Assembly (NCBI GenBank): GCA_964016885.1
Contig: OZ024742.1
Span: 167,276,001 to 167,340,000 of the forward strand
DNA: 64,000 nt
Direction of reading: 5' to 3'
Source: Eledone cirrhosa
Taxonomy: Eukaryota
Both the position numbers and the translations under genes were made by a program. The notes below the pieces were generated by a model. The model was given only the letters and a program-made list of their open reading frames with translations. It ran no database searches and was not told where the DNA came from. Positions within the stretch are counted from its first letter, which is position 1, and every line of letters begins with the position of its first letter. Below are positions 26,501 through 41,600 of the stretch, piece after piece.

Positions 26501-29500
26501 AATCAGGCGGAGATAATTTGTAAAAAAAATCAGGGGGAGATAATTTGTAAAAAAATCAGGGGGAGATAATTTGTAAAAAAAAAATCAGGGGGAGATAATT
26601 TGTAAAAAAAAAATCAGGGGTAGATAATTTGTAAAAAAAAATCAGGGGGAGATAATTTGTAAAAAAAAAATCAGGGGGAGATAATTTGTAAAAAAAATCA
26701 GGGGGAGATAATTTGTAAAAAAAAATCAGGGGGAGATAATTTCCAGCCGTCCAAGGGGAGATAATTTTCAGCCGTCCAAGGGGAGATAATTTCCCGCCAG
26801 CCAAGGGAAGATAATATTTAAAAAAATCAGGCGGAGATAATTTGTAAAAAAAATCAGGGGGAGATAATTTGTAAAAAAATCAGGGGGAGATAATTTGTAA
26901 AAAAAATCAAGGGGAGATAATTTCCAGCCGTCCAAGGGGAGGTAATATCTAGCCGTCCAAGGGGAGATAATTTCCAGCCGTCCAACAGGAGATAATTTCC
27001 AGCCGTCCAAGGGTAGATAATATCCAGCCGTCCAAGGAGACATATTTTCCAGCCGTCCAAGGAGAGGTAATTTCTAGCCGTCCAAGGGGAGATAAATTCC
27101 AGCCTCCAAGGGGAGATAATTTCCAGCCAGCCAAGGGGAGATAATTTGTAAAAAAAATCAGGGGGAGATAATTTGTAAAAAAAATCAGGGGGAGATAATT
27201 TGTAAAAAAAAATCAGGGGGAGATAATTTGTAAAAAAAATCAGGGGGAGATAATTTGTAAAAAAAAATCAAGGGGAGATAATTTCCAGCCGTCCAAGGGG
27301 AGATAATTTTCAGCCGCCCAAGGGGAGATAATTTCCCGCCAGCCAAGGGAAGATAATATTTAAAAAATCAGGCGGAGATAATTTGTAAAAAAAATCAGGG
27401 GGAGATAATTTGTAAAAAAATCAGGGGGAGATAATTTGTAAAAAAAAAATCAGGGGGAGATAATTTGTAAAAGAAATCAGGGGGAGATGATTTGTAAAAA
27501 AAAATCAGGGGTAGATAATTTGTAAAAAAAAATCAGGGGGAGATAATTTGTAAAAAAAAATCAGGGGGAGATAATTTGTAAAAAAAATCAAGGGGAGATA
27601 ATTTCCAGCCGTCGAAGGGAAGATAATTTCCAGCCCTCCAAGGGGCTATAATTTCCAGCGTCCAAGGGGAGATAATTTCCAGCCGTCCAAGGGGAGATAA
27701 TTTCCAGCCGTCCAAGGGTAGATAATATCCAGCCGTCCAAGTAGACATTTTCCAGCCGTCCAAGGAGAGGTAATTTCTAGCCGTCCAAGGGGAGATAAAT
27801 TCCAGCCTCCAAGGGAAGATAATTTCCAGCCAGCCAAGGGGAGATAATTTGTAAAAAAATCAGGGGGAGATAATTTGTAAAAAAAAATCAGGGGGAGATA
27901 ATTTGTAAAAAAAAATCAGGGGGAGATAATTTGTAAAAAAAAATCAGGGGGAGATAATTTGTAAAAAAAATCAGGGGGAGGTAATTTGTAAAAAAAATCA
28001 AGGGGAGATAATTTCCAGCCGTCCAAGGGGAGATAATTTTCAGCCGTCCAAGGGGAGATAATTTCCAGCCGTCCAAGGGGAGATAATTTCCATCCTTCCA
28101 AGGGGAGATAATTTCCAGCCGTCCAAGGGGAGATAATTTTCAGCCGTCCAAGGGGAGATAATTTCCCGCCAGCCAAGGGAAGATAATATTTTAAAAAATC
28201 AGGCGGAGATAATTTGTAAAAAAAATCAGGGGGAGATAATTTGTAAAAAAATCAGGGGGAGATAATTTGTAAAAAAAAAATCAGGGGGAGATAATTTGTA
28301 AAAAAAATCAGGGGGAGATAATTTGTAAAAAAAAATCAGGGGTAGATAATTTGTAAAAAAAAATCAGGGGGAGATAATTTGTAAAAAAAAAATCAGGGGG
28401 AGATAATTTGTAAAAAAAATCAAGGGGAGATAATTTCTAGCCGTCCAAGGAGAGATAATTTTTAAAAAAAATCAGGCGGAGATAATTTGTAAAAAAAATC
28501 AAGGGGAGATAATTTGTAAAAAAAAATCAGGGGGAGATAATTTGTAAAAAAAATCAAGGGGAGATAATTTCCAGCCGTCCAAGGTAAGATAATTTCCAGC
28601 ACTCCAACGGGCTATAATTTGCAGTGTCCAAGGGGAGATAATTTCCAGCCAGCGAAGGGGAGATAATTTTTTTAAAAAAATCAGGGGGAGATATGTAAAA
28701 AAAATCAGAGGGAGATAATTTCTAAAAAAAATCAAAGGGAGATAATTTCCAGCCGTCCAAAGAGAGATAATTTCTAGCCGTCCAAGGGGAGATAATTTCC
28801 AGCCAAGGGGAGATAATTTCCAGCCGTCCAAGGGGAGATAATTATTTAAAAAATCAGGTGGAGATAATTTGTAAAAAAAATCAGGGGGAGATAATTTGTA
28901 AAAACAAAATCAAGGGCAGATAATTTCCAGCTGTCCAAGGGGAGATAATTTCCAGCCGTGCAAGGGGAGATAATTTCCAGCCGTCCAAGGGGAGATAATT
29001 TCCATCCTTCCAAGGGGAGATAATTTCCAGCCGTCCAAGGGGAGATAATTTCCCGCCAGCCAAGGGAAGATAATTTTTTAAAAAATCAGGCGGAGATTGT
29101 AAAAAAAATCAGGGGGAGATAATTTGTAAAAAAATCAGGAGGAGATAATTTGTAAAAAAATCAAGGGGAGATAATTTCGAGCTGTCCAAGGGTAGGTAAT
29201 ATCTAGCCGTCCAAGGGGAGATAATTTTCAGCCGTCCAAGGGGAGATAATTTCCAGCCGTCCAAGGGTAGATAATATCCAGCCGTCCAAGGAGACATATT
29301 TTCCAGCCGTCCAAGGAGAGGTAATTTCTAGCCGTCCAAGTGGAGATAAATTCCAGCCTCCAAGGGGAGATAATTTCCAGCCAGCCAAGGGGAGATAATT
29401 TGTAAAAAAATCAGGGGGAGATAATTTGTAAAAAAAATCAGGGGGAGATAATTTGTAAAAAAAATCAGGGGGAGATAATTTGTAAAAAAAATCAGGGGGA

Positions 29501-31900
29501 GATAATTTGTAAAAAAATCAAGGGGAGATAATTTCCAGCCGTCCAAGGAGAGATAATTTAAAAAAAAAATCAGGCGGAGATAATTTGTAAAAAAAAATCA
29601 GGGGGAGATAATTTGTAAAAAAAATCAAGGGGAGATAATTTCCAGCCGTCCAAGGGGAGATAATTTTCAGCCGTCCAAGGGGAGATAATTTCCAGCCGTC
29701 CAAGGGGAGATAATTTTAAAAAAAAATCAGGCGGAGATAATTTGTAAAAAAAAATCAAGGGGAGATAATTTGCAACCGTCCAAGGGGACATAATTTTCAG
29801 TCGTCCAAGGAGAGGTAATTTCTAGCCGTACAAGGGGAGATAATTTCCAGCCGTCCAAGGGGAGATAATTTCCAGCCGTCCAAGGGGAGATAATTTTTTT
29901 TTAAAAATCAGGCGGAGATAATTTGTAAAAAAAAAATCAGGGGGAGATAATTTGTAAAAAAAAATCAGGGGGAGATAATTTGTAAAAAAAAATCAGGGGG
30001 AGATAATTTGTAAAAAAAATCAAGGGGAGATAATTTCCAGCCGTCCAAGGGAAGATAATTTCCAGCCCTCCAAGGGGCTATAATTTCCAGCGTCCAAGGG
30101 GAGATAATTTCCAGCCAGCGAAGGGGAGATAATTGTTTTAAAAAAATCATTGGGAGATTTGTAAAAAAAATCAGGGGGAGATAATTAATAAAAAAAATCA
30201 AGGGGAGATAATTTCCAGCCGTTCAAGGGGAGGTAATATCTAGCCGTCCAAGGGGAGATAATTTCCAGCCGTCCAAGGGGAGATAATTTCCAGCCGTCCA
30301 AGGGTAGATAATATCCAGCCGTCCAAGGAGACATATTTTCCAGCCGTCCAAGGAGAGGTAATTTCTAGCCGTCCAAGGGGAGATAAATTCCAGCCTCCAA
30401 GGGGAGATAATTTCCAGCCAGCCAAGGGGAGATAATTTGTAAAAAAATCAGGGGGAGATAATTTGTAAAAAAAATCAGGGGTAGATAATTTGTAAAAAAA
30501 AATCAGGGGGAGATAATTTGTAAAAAAAAATCAGGGGGAGATAATTTGTAAAAAAAATCAAGGGGAGATAATTTCCAGCCGTCCAAGGAGAGATAATTTT
30601 AAAAAAAAATCAGGCGGAGATAATTTGTAAAAAAAAATCAGGGGGAGATAATTTGTAAAAAAAAATCAGGGGGAGATAATTTGTAAAAAAAATCAAGGGG
30701 AGATAATTTCCAGCCGTCCAAGGGGAGATAATTTCCAGCCGTCCAAGGGGAGATAATTTTTTTAAAAAAATCAGGCGGAGATAATTTGTAAAAAAAATCA
30801 GGGGGAGATAATTTGTAAAAAAAAATCAGGGGGAGATAATTTGTAAAAAAAAATCAGGGGGAGATAATTTCCAGCCGTCCAAGGTAAGATAATTTCCAGC
30901 CCTCCAAGGGGCTATAATTTCCAGCATCCAAGGGGAGATAATTTCCAGCCGTCCAAGGGTAGATAATATCCAGCCGTCCAAGTAGACATATTTTCCAGCC
31001 GTCCAAGGAGATGTAATTTCTAGCCGTCCAAGGGGAGATAAATTCCAGCCTCCAAGGGGAGATAATTTCCAGCCAGCCAAGGGGAGATAATTTGTAAAAA
31101 AATCAGGGGGAGATAATTTGTAAAAAAAATCAGGGGGAGATAATTTGTAAAAAAAAATCAGGGGGAGATAATTTGTAAAAAAAAATCAGGGGGAGATAAT
31201 TTGTAAAAAAAAATCAGGGGGAGATAATTTCCAGCCGTCCAAGGGGAGATAATTTCCAGCCGTCCAAGGGTAGATAATATCCAGCCGTCCAAGTAGACAT
31301 TTTCCAGCCGTCCAAGGAGAGGTAATTTCTAGCCGTCCAAGGGGAGATAAATTCCAGCCTCCAAGGGAAGATAATTTCCAGCCAGCCAAGGGGAGATAAT
31401 TTGTAAAAAAATCAGGGGGAGATAATTTGTAAAAAAAATCAGGGGGAGATAATTTGTAAAAAAAAATCAGGGGGAGATAATTTGTAAAAAAAATCAGGGG
31501 GAGATAATTTGTAAAAAAAATCAAGGGGAGATAATTTCCAGCCGTCCAAGGGGAGATAATTTTCAGCCGTCCAAGGGGAGATAATTTCCAGCCGTCCAAG
31601 GGGAGATAATTTCCATCCTTCCAAGGGGAGATAATTTCCAGCCGTCCAAGGGGAGATAATTTTCAGCCGTCCAAGGGGAGATAATTTCCAGCCGTCCAAG
31701 GGGAGATAATTTCCAGCCGTCCAAGGGGAAATAATTTTTTTAAAAAAATCAGGCGGAGATAATTTGTAAAAAAAATCAGGGGGAGATAATTTGTAAAAAA
31801 AAATCAGGGGGAGATAATTTGTAAAAAAAAATCAGGGGGAGATAATTTCCAGCCGTCCAAGGTAAGATAATTTCCAGCCCTCCAAGGGGCTATAATTTCC
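14600..31900 (+). repeat. Nested higher-order duplications: ~14600-18950 repeated at ~27550-31900 (offset ~12.94 kb); ~19150-22400 repeated at ~25870-29150 (offset ~6.72-6.75 kb)
   Basis: ORF offsets of 12940-12942 (14947/27888, 17300/30240, 17885/30826, 18244/31186) and 6718-6746 (20050/26768, 21142/27888, 22135/28881). Confidence 0.8.
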
Positions 31901-34900
31901 AGCATCCAAGGGGAGATAATTTCCAGCCGTCCAAGGGTAGATAATATCCAGCCGTCCAAGTAGACATTTTCCAGCCGTCCAAGGAGAGGTAATTTCTAGC
32001 CGTCCAAGGGGAGATAAATTCCAGCCTCCAAGGGGAGATAATTTCCAGCCAGCCAAGGGGAGATAATTTGTAAAAAAATCAGGGGGAGATAATTTGTAAA
32101 AAAATCAGGGGGAGATAATTTGTAAAAAAAAATCAGGGGGAGATAATTTGTAAAAAAAAATCAGGGGGAGATAATTTGTAAAAAAAAATCAGGGGGAGAT
32201 AATTTGTAAAAAAAATCAAGGGGAGATAATTTCCAGCCGTCCAAGGGGAGATAATTTCCATCCTTCCAAGGGGAGATAATTTCCAGCCGTCCAAGGGGAG
32301 ATAATTTCCCGCCAGCCAAGGGAAGATAATTTTTAAAAAAATCAGGCGGAGATTGTAAAAAAAATCAGGGGGAGATAATTTGTAAAAAAATCAGGGGGAG
32401 ATAATTTGTAAAAAAAAAATCAGGGGGAGACAATTTGTAAAAAAAATCAGGGGGAAATAATTTGTAAAAAAAAATCAAGGGGAGATAATTTGTACAAAAA
32501 ATCAGGGGTATATAATTTGTAAAAAAAAATCAGGGGGAGATAATTTGTAAAAAAAAATCAGGGGGAGATAATTTGTAAAAAAAATCAAGGGGAGATAATT
32601 TGCAGCCGTCCAAGGGGAGATAATTTTCAGCCGTCCAAGGAGAGGTAATTTCTAGCCGTCCAAGGTGAGATAATATCCAGCCGTCCAAGGGGAGATAATT
32701 TCCAGCCGTCCAAGGGGAGATAATTTTTAAAAAAAAACAGGCGAAGATAATTTGTAAAAAAAAAATCAGGGGGAGATAATTTGTAAAAAAAAATCAGGGG
32801 GAGATAATTTGTAAAAAAAAATCAGGGGGAGGTAATTTGTAAAAAAAATCAAGGGGAGATAATTTCCAGCCGTCCAAGGGAAGATAATTTCCAGCCCTCC
32901 AAGGGGCTATAATTTCCAGCGTCCAAGGGGAGATAATTTCCAGCCAGCGAAGGGGAGATAATTGTTTTAAAAAAATCATTGGGAGATTTGTAAAAAAAAT
33001 CAGGGGGAGATAATTAATAAAAAAAATCAAGGGGAGATAATTCCAGCCGTCCAAGGGGAGGTAATATCTAGCCGTCCAAGGGGAGATAATTTCCAGCCGT
33101 CCAAGGGGAGATAATTTCCAGCCGTTCAAGGGTAGATAATATCCAGCCGTCCAAGGAGACATATTTTCCAGCCGTGCAAGGAGAGGTAATTTCTAGCCGT
33201 CCAAGGGGAGATAAATTCCAGCCTCCAAGGGGAGATAATTTCCAGCCAGCCAAGGGGAGATAATTTGTAAAAAAATCAGGGGGAGATAATTTGTAAAAAA
33301 AGTCAGGGGTAGATAATTTGTAAAAAAAAATCAGGGGGAGATAATTTGTAAAAAAAAATCAGGGGGAGATAATTTGTAAAAAAAATCAAGGGGAGATAAT
33401 TTCCAGCCATCCAAGGAGAGATAATTTTAAAAAAAAATCAGGCGGAGATAATTTGTAAAAAAAAATCAGGGGGAGATAATTTGTAAAAAAAATCAGGGGG
33501 TGATAATTTGTAAAAAAAATCAAGGGGAGATAATTTCCAGCCGTCCAAGGGGAGATAATTTCCAGCCGTCCAAGGGGACATAAATTTTTTAAAAAAATCA
33601 GGCGGAGATAATTTGTAAAAAAAATCAGGGGGAGATAAATTGTAAAAAAAAATCAGGGGAAGATAAATTGTAAAAAAAATCAGGGGGAGATAATTTCCAG
33701 CCGTCCAAGGTAAGATAATTTCCAGCCCTCCAAGGGGCTATAATTTCCAGCATCCAAGGGGAGATAATTTCCAGCCGTCCAAGGGTAGATAATATCCAGC
33801 CGTCCAAGTAGACATATTTTCCAGCCGTCCAAGGAGAGGTAATTTCTAGCCGTCCAAGGGGAGATAAATTCCAGCCTCCAAGGGGAGATAATTTCCAGCC
33901 AGCCAAGGGGAGATAATTTGTAAAAAAATCAGGGGGAGATAATTTGTAAAAAAAATCAGGGGGAGATAATTTGTAAAAAAAAATCAGGGGGAGATAATTT
34001 GTAAAAAAAAATCAGGGGGAGATAATTTCCAGCCGTCCAAGGGGAGATAATTTTCAGCCGTCCAAGGGTAGATAATATCCAGCCGTCCAAGTAGACATTT
34101 TCCAGCCGTCCAAGGAGAGGTAATTTCTAGCCGTCCAAGGGGAGATAAATTCCAGCCTCCAAGGGGAGATAATTTCCAGCCAGCCAAGGGGAGATAATTT
34201 GTAAAAAAATCAGGGGGAGATAATTTGTAAAAAAAATCAGGGGGAGATAATTTGTAAAAAAAAATCAGGGGGAGATAATTTGTAAAAAAAAATCAGGGGG
34301 AGATAATTTGTAAAAAAAATCAAGGGGAGATAATTTCCAGCCGTCCAAGGGGAGATAATTTTCAGCCGTCCAAGGGGAGATAATTTCCAGCCGTCCAAGG
34401 GGAGATAATTTCCATCCTTCCAAGGGGAGATAATTTCCAGCCTTCCAAGGGGAGATAATTTTCAGCCGTCCAAGGGGAGATAATTTCCCGCCAGCCAAGG
34501 GAAGATAATATTTTAAAAAATCAGGCGGAGATAATTTGTAAAAAAAATCAGGGGGAGATAATTTTTAAAAAAATCAGGGGGAGATAATTTGTAAAAAAAA
34601 AATCAGGGGGAGATAATTTGTAAAAAAAATCAGGGGGAGATAATTTGTAAAAAAAAATCAGGGGTAGATAATTTGTAAAAAAAAATCAGGGGGAGATAAT
34701 TTGTAAAAAAAAAATCAGGGGGAGATAATTTGTAAAAAAAATCAAGGGGAGATAATTTCCAGCCGTCCAAGGAGAGATAATTTTTAAAAAAAATCAGGCG
34801 GAGATAATTTGTAAAAAAAAATCAGGGGGAGATAATTTCCAGCCGTCGAAGGGAAGATAATTTCCAGCCCTCCAAGGGGCTATAATTTCCAGCGTCCAAG

Positions 34901-35699
34901 GGGAGATAATTTCCAGCCAGCGAAGGGGAGATAATTTTTTTAAAAAAATCATTGGGAGATTTGTAAAAAAAATCAGGGGGAGATAATTTGTAAAAAAAAT
35001 CAAGGGGAGATAATTTCCAGCCGTCCAAGGGGAGGTAATATCTAGCCGTCCAAGGGGAGATAATTTCCAGCCGTCCAAGGGGAGATAATTTCCAGCCGTC
35101 CAAGGGTAGATAATATCCAGCCGTCCAAGTAGACATTTTCCAGCCGTCCAAGGAGAGGTAATTTCTAGCCGTCCAAGGGGAGATAAATTCCAGCCTCCAA
35201 GGGGAGATAATTTCCAGCCAGCCAAGGGGAGATAATTTGTAAAAAAATCAGGGGGAGATAATTTGTAAAAAAAATCAGGGGGAGATAATTTGTAAAAAAA
35301 AATCAGGGGGAGATAATTTGTAAAAAAAAATCAGGGGGAGATAATTTGTAAAAAAAAATCAGGGGGAGATAATTTGTAAAAAAATCAAGGGGAGATAATT
35401 TCCAGCCGTCCAAGGGGAGATAATTTTCAGCCGTCCAAGGGGAGATAATTTCCAGCCGTCCAAGGGGAGATAATTTCCATCCTTCCAAGGGGAGATAATT
35501 TGTAAAAAAAAATCAGGGGGAGATAATTTGTAAAAAAAAATCAAGGGGAGATAATTTCCAGCCGTCCAAGGGGAGATAATTTTCAGCCGTCCAAGGGGAG
35601 ATAATTTCCCGCCAGCCAAGGGAAGATAATATTTAAAAAAATCAGGCGGAGATAATTTGTAATAAAAATCAGGGGGAGATAATTTGTAAAAAAATCAGG

Positions 35700-38600
35700 G
35701 GGAGATAATTTGTAAAAAAAAAATCAGGGGGAGATAATTTGTAAAAAAAAATCAGGGGTAGATAATTTGTAAAAAAAAATCAGGGGGAGATAATTTGTAA
35801 AAAAAAATCAGGGGGAGATAATTTGTAAAAAAAATCAAGGGGAGATAATTTCCAGCCGTCCAAGGAGAGATAATTTAAAAAAAAAATCAGGCGGAGATAA
35901 TTTGTAAAAAAAAATCAAGGGGAGATAATTTGTAAAAAAAAATCAGGGGGAGATAATTTGTAAAAAAAATCAAGGGGAGATAATTTCCAGCCGTCCAAGG
36001 GAAGATAATTTCCAGCACTCCAAGGGGCTATAATTTCCAGTGTCCAAGGGGAGATAATTTCCAGCCAGCGAAGGGGAGATAATTTTTTTAAAAAAATCAG
36101 GGGGAGATATGTAAAAAAAATCAGAGGGAGATAATTTCTAAAAAAAATCAAAGGGAGATAATTTCCAGCCGTCCAAAGAGAGATAATTTCTAGCCGTCCA
36201 AGGGGAGATAATTTCCAGCCAAGGGGAGATAATTTCCAGCCGTCCAAAGGGGAGATAATTTTTTAAAAAATCAGGTGGAGATAATTTGTAAAAAAAATCA
36301 GGGGGAGATAATTTGTAAAAACAAAATCAAGGGCAGATAATTTCCAGCTGTCCAAGGGGAGATAATTTCCAGCCGTGCAAGGGGAGATAATTTCCAGCCG
36401 TCCAAGGGGAGATAATTTCCATCCTTCCAAGGGGAGATAATCTCCAGCCGTCCAAGGGGAGATAATTTCCCGCCAGCCAAGGGAAGATAATTTTTAAAAA
36501 AATCAGGCGGAGATTGTAAAAAAAATCAGGGGGAGATAATTTGTAAAAAAATCAGGGGGAGATAATTTGTAAAAAAAAAATCAGGGGAGATAATTTGTAA
36601 AAAAAAATCAGGGGGAGATAATTTGTAAAAAAAAAATCAGGGGGAGATAATTTGTAAAAAATAATCAGGGGTAGATAATTTGTAAAAAAAAATCAGGGGG
36701 AGATAATTTGTAAAAAAAAATCAGGGGGAGATAATTTGTAAAAAAATCAAGGGGAGATAATATGCAGCCGTCCAAGGGGAGATAATTTTCAGCCGTCCAA
36801 GGAGAGGTAATTTCTAGCCGTCCAAGGGGAGATAATTTCCAGCCGTCCAAGGGGAGATAATTTCAAGCCGTCCAAGGGGAGATAGTTTTTTTAAAAAAAT
36901 CAGGCGGAGATAATTTGTAAAAAAAAAATCAGGGGGAGATAATTTGTAAAAAAAAATCAGGGGGAGATAATTTGTAAAAAAAATCAGGGGGAGATAATTT
37001 GTAAAAAAAATCAAGGGGAGATAATTTCCAGCCGTCCAAGGGAAGATAATTTCAAGCCCTCCAAGGGGCTATAATTTCCAGTGTCCAAGGGGAGATAATT
37101 TCCAGCCAGCGAAGGGGAGATATTTTTTTTTTAAAAATCAGGGGGAGATTTGTAAAAAAAATCAGGGGGAGATAATTTGCAAAAAAAATCAAAGGGAGAT
37201 AATTTCCAGCCGTCCAAAGAGAGATAATTTCTAGCCGTCCAAGGGGAGATAATTTCGAGCCAAGGGGAGATAATTTCCAGCCGTCCAAGGGGAGATAATT
37301 TTTTAAAAAATCAGGTGGAGATAATTTGTAAAAAAAATCAGGGGGAGATAATTTGTAAAAACAAAATCAAGGGCAGATAATTTCCAGCTGTCCAAGGGGA
37401 GATAATTTCCAGCCGTGCAAGGGGAGATAATTTCCAGCCGTCCAAAGGGAGATAATTTCCATCCTTCCAAGGGGAGATAATTTCCAGCCGTCCAAGGGGA
37501 GATAATTTCCCGCCAGCCAAGAGAAGATAATTTTTTAAAAAATCAGGCGGAGATTGTAAAAAAAATCAGCGGGAGATAATTTGTAAAAAAATCAGGGGGA
37601 GATAATTTGTAAAAAAATCAAGGGGAGATAATTTCCAGCTCTCCAAGAGGAGGTAATATCTAGCCGTCCAAGGGGAGATAATTTCCAGCCGTCCAAGGGG
37701 AGATAATTTCCAGCCGTCCAAGGGTAGATAATATCCAGCCGTCCAAGGAGACATATTTTCCAGCCGTCCAAGGAGAGGTAATTTCTAGCCGTCCAAGTGG
37801 AGATAAATTCCAGCCTCCAAGGGGAGATAATTTCCAGCCAGCCAAGGGGAGATAATTTGTAAAAAAATCAGGGGGAGATAATTTGTAAAAAAAATCAGGG
37901 GGAGATAATTTGTACAAAAAATCAGGGGTAGATAATTTGTAAAAAAAAATCAGGGGGAGATAATTTGTAAAAAAAATCAAGGGGAGATAATTTGCAGCCG
38001 TCCAAGGGGAGATAATTTTCAGCCGTCCAAGGAGAGGTAATTTCTAGCCGTCCAAGGTGAGATAATATCCAGCCGTCCAAGGGGAGATAATTTCCAGCCG
38101 TCCAAGGGGAGATAATTTTAAAAAAAAAACAGGCGGAGATAATTTGTAAAAAAAAAATCAGGGTGAGATAATTTGTAAAAAAAAATCAGGGGGAGATAAT
38201 TTGTAAAAAAAAATCAGGGGGAGGTAATTTATAAAAAAAATCAAGGGGAGATAATTTCCAGCCGTCCAAGGGAAGATAATTTCCAGCCCTCCAAGGGGCT
38301 ATAATTTCCAGCGTCCAAGGGGAGATAATTTCCAGCCAGCGAAGGGGAGATAATTTTTTTTTTTTTAAATCAGGGGGACATAATTTGTAAAAAAAATAAG
38401 GGGGAGATAATCTGTAAAAAAAATCAAGGGGAGATAATTTGTAAAAAAATCAGGGGGAGATAATTTGTAAAAAAAAATCAGGGGGAGATAATTTGTAAAA
38501 AAAATCAAGGGGAGATAATTTGTAAAAAAAATCAAGGGGAGATAATTTCCAGCCGTCCAAGGGGAGATAATTTTCAGCCGTCCAAGGGGAGATAATTTCC

Positions 38601-41600
38601 CGCCAGCCAAGGGAAGATAATATTTAAAAAAATCAGGCGGAGATAATTTGTAAAAAAAATCAGGGGGAGATAATTTGTAAAAAAATCAGGGGGAGATAAT
38701 TTGTAAAAAAAAAATCAGGGGGAGATTTGTAAAAAAAATCAGGGGGAGATAATTTGTAAAAAAAAATCAGGGGTAGATAATTTGTAAAAAAAAATCAGGG
38801 GGAGATAATTTGTAAAAAAAAATCAGGGGGAGATAATTTGTAAAAAAAATCAATTGGAGATAATTTCCAGCCGTCCAAGGGGAGATAATTTTCAGCCGTC
38901 CAAGGAGAGGTAATTTCTAGACGTCCAAGGGGAGATAATTTCCAGCCGTCCAATGGGAGATAATTTCCAGCCGTCCAAGGGGAGATAATTTTAAAAAAAA
39001 AATCAGGCGGAGATAATTTGTAAAAAAAATCTAGGGGAGATAATTTGCAGCCGTCCAAGGGGAGATAATTTTCAGTCGTCCAAGGAGAGGTAATTTCTAG
39101 CCGTCCAAGGGGAGATAATTTCCAGCCGTCAAAGGGGAGATAATTTCCAGCCGTCCAAGGGGAGATAATTTTTTTAAAAAAATCAGGCGGAGATAATTTG
39201 TAAAAAAAATCAGGGGGAGATAATTTGTAAAAAAAAATCAGGGGGAGATAATTTGTAAAAAAAAATCAGGGGGAGATAATTTGTAAAAAAAATCAAGGAG
39301 AGATAATTTCCAGCCGTCCAAGGGAAGATAATTTCAAGCCCTCCAAGGGGCTATAATTTCCAGTGTCCAAGGGGAGATAATTTCCAGCCAGCGAAGGGGA
39401 GATAATTTTTTTTTAAAAATCAGGGGGAGATTTGTAAAAAAAATCAAGGGGAGATAATTTGTAAAAAAATCAGGGGGAGATAATTTGTAAAAAAAAAATC
39501 AGGGGGAGATAATTTGTAAAAAAAATCAGGGGGAGATAATTTGTAAAAAAAAATCAGGGGTAGATAATTTGTAAAAAAAAATCAGGGAGATAATTTGTAA
39601 AAAAAAAATCAGGGGGAGATAATTTGTAAAAAAAATCAAGGGGAGATAATTTCCAGCCGTCCAAGGAGAGATAATTTTTAAAAAAAATCAGGCGGAGATA
39701 ATTTGTAAAAAAAAATCAAGGGGAGATAATTTGTAAAAAAAAATCAGGGGGAGATAATTTGTAAAAAAAATCAAGGGGAGATAATTTCCAGCCGTCCAAG
39801 GGAAGATAATTTCAAGCCCTCCAAGGGGCTATAATTTCCAGTGTCCAAGGGGAGATAATTTCCAGCCAGCGAAGGGGAGATAATTTTTTTAAAAAAATCA
39901 GGGGGAGATATGTAAAAAAAATCAGAGGGAGATAATTTCTAAAAAAAATCAAAGGGAGATAATTTCCAGCCGTCCAAAGAGAGATAATTTCTAGCCGTCC
40001 AAGGGGAGATAATTTCCAGCCAAGGGGAGATAATTTCCAGCCGTCCAAAGGGGAGATAATTTTTTAAAAAATCAGGTGGAGATAATTTGTAAAAAAAATC
40101 AGGGGGAGATAATTTGTAAAAACAAAATCAAGGGCAGATAATTTCCAGCTGTCCAAGGGGAGATAATTTCCAGCCGTGCAAGGGGAGATAATTTCCAGCC
40201 GTCCAAGGGGAGATAATTTCCATCCTTCCAAGGGGAGATAATCTCCAGCCGTCCAAGGGGAGATAATTTCCCGCCAGCCAAGGGAAGATAATTTTTAAAA
40301 AAATCAGGCGGAGATTGTAAAAAAAATCAGGGGGAGATAATTTGTAAAAAAATCAGGGGGAGATAATTTGTAAAAAAAAAATCAGGGGAGATAATTTGTA
40401 AAAAAAAATCAGGGGGAGATAATTTGTAAAAAAAAAATCAGGGGGAGATAATTTGTAAAAAATAATCAGGGGTAGATAATTTGTAAAAAAAAATCAGGGG
40501 GAGATAATTTGTAAAAAAAAATCAGGGGGAGATAATTTGTAAAAAAATCAAGGGGAGATAATATGCAGCCGTCCAAGGGGAGATAATTTTCAGCCGTCCA
40601 AGGAGAGGTAATTTCTAGCCGTCCAAGGGGAGATAATTTCCAGCCGTCCAAGGGGAGATAATTTCAAGCCGTCCAAGGGGAGATAGTTTTTTTAAAAAAA
40701 TCAGGCGGAGATAATTTGTAAAAAAAAAATCAGGGGGAGATAATTTGTAAAAAAAAATCAGGGGGAGATAATTTGTAAAAAAAATCAGGGGGAGATAATT
40801 TGTAAAAAAAATCAAGGGGAGATAATTTCCAGCCGTCCAAGGGAAGATAATTTCAAGCCCTCCAAGGGGCTATAATTTCCAGTGTCCAAGGGGAGATAAT
40901 TTCCAGCCAGCGAAGGGGAGATATTTTTTTTTTAAAAATCAGGGGGAGATTTGTAAAAAAAATCAGGGGGAGATAATTTGCAAAAAAAATCAAAGGGAGA
41001 TAATTTCTAGCCGTCCAAAGAGAGATAATTTCTAGCCGTCCAAGGGGAGATAATTTCGAGCCAAGGGGAGATAATTTCCAGCCGTCCAACGGGAGATAAT
41101 TTTTTAAAAAATCAGGTGGAGATAATTTGTAAAAAAAATCAGGGGGAGATAATTTGTAAAAACAAAATCAAGGGCAGATAATTTCCAGCTGTCCAAGGGG
41201 AGATAATTTCCAGCCGTGCAAGGGGAGATAATTTCCAGCCGTCCAAAGGGAGATAATTTCCATCCTTCCAAGGGGAGATAATTTCCAGCCGTCCAAGGGG
41301 AGATAATTTCCCGCCAGCCAAGAGAAGATAATTTTTTAAAAAATCAGGCGGAGATTGTAAAAAAAATCAGCGGGAGATAATTTGTAAAAAAATCAGGGGG
41401 AGATAATTTGTAAAAAAATCAAGGGGAGATAATTTCCAGCTCTCCAAGGGGAGGTAATATCTAGCCGTCCAAGGGGAGATAATTTCCAGCCGTCCAAGGG
41501 GAGATAATTTCCAGCCGTCCAAGGGTAGATAATATCCAGCCGTCCAAGGAGACATATTTTCCAGCCGTCCAAGGAGAGGTAATTTCTAGCCGTCCAAGTG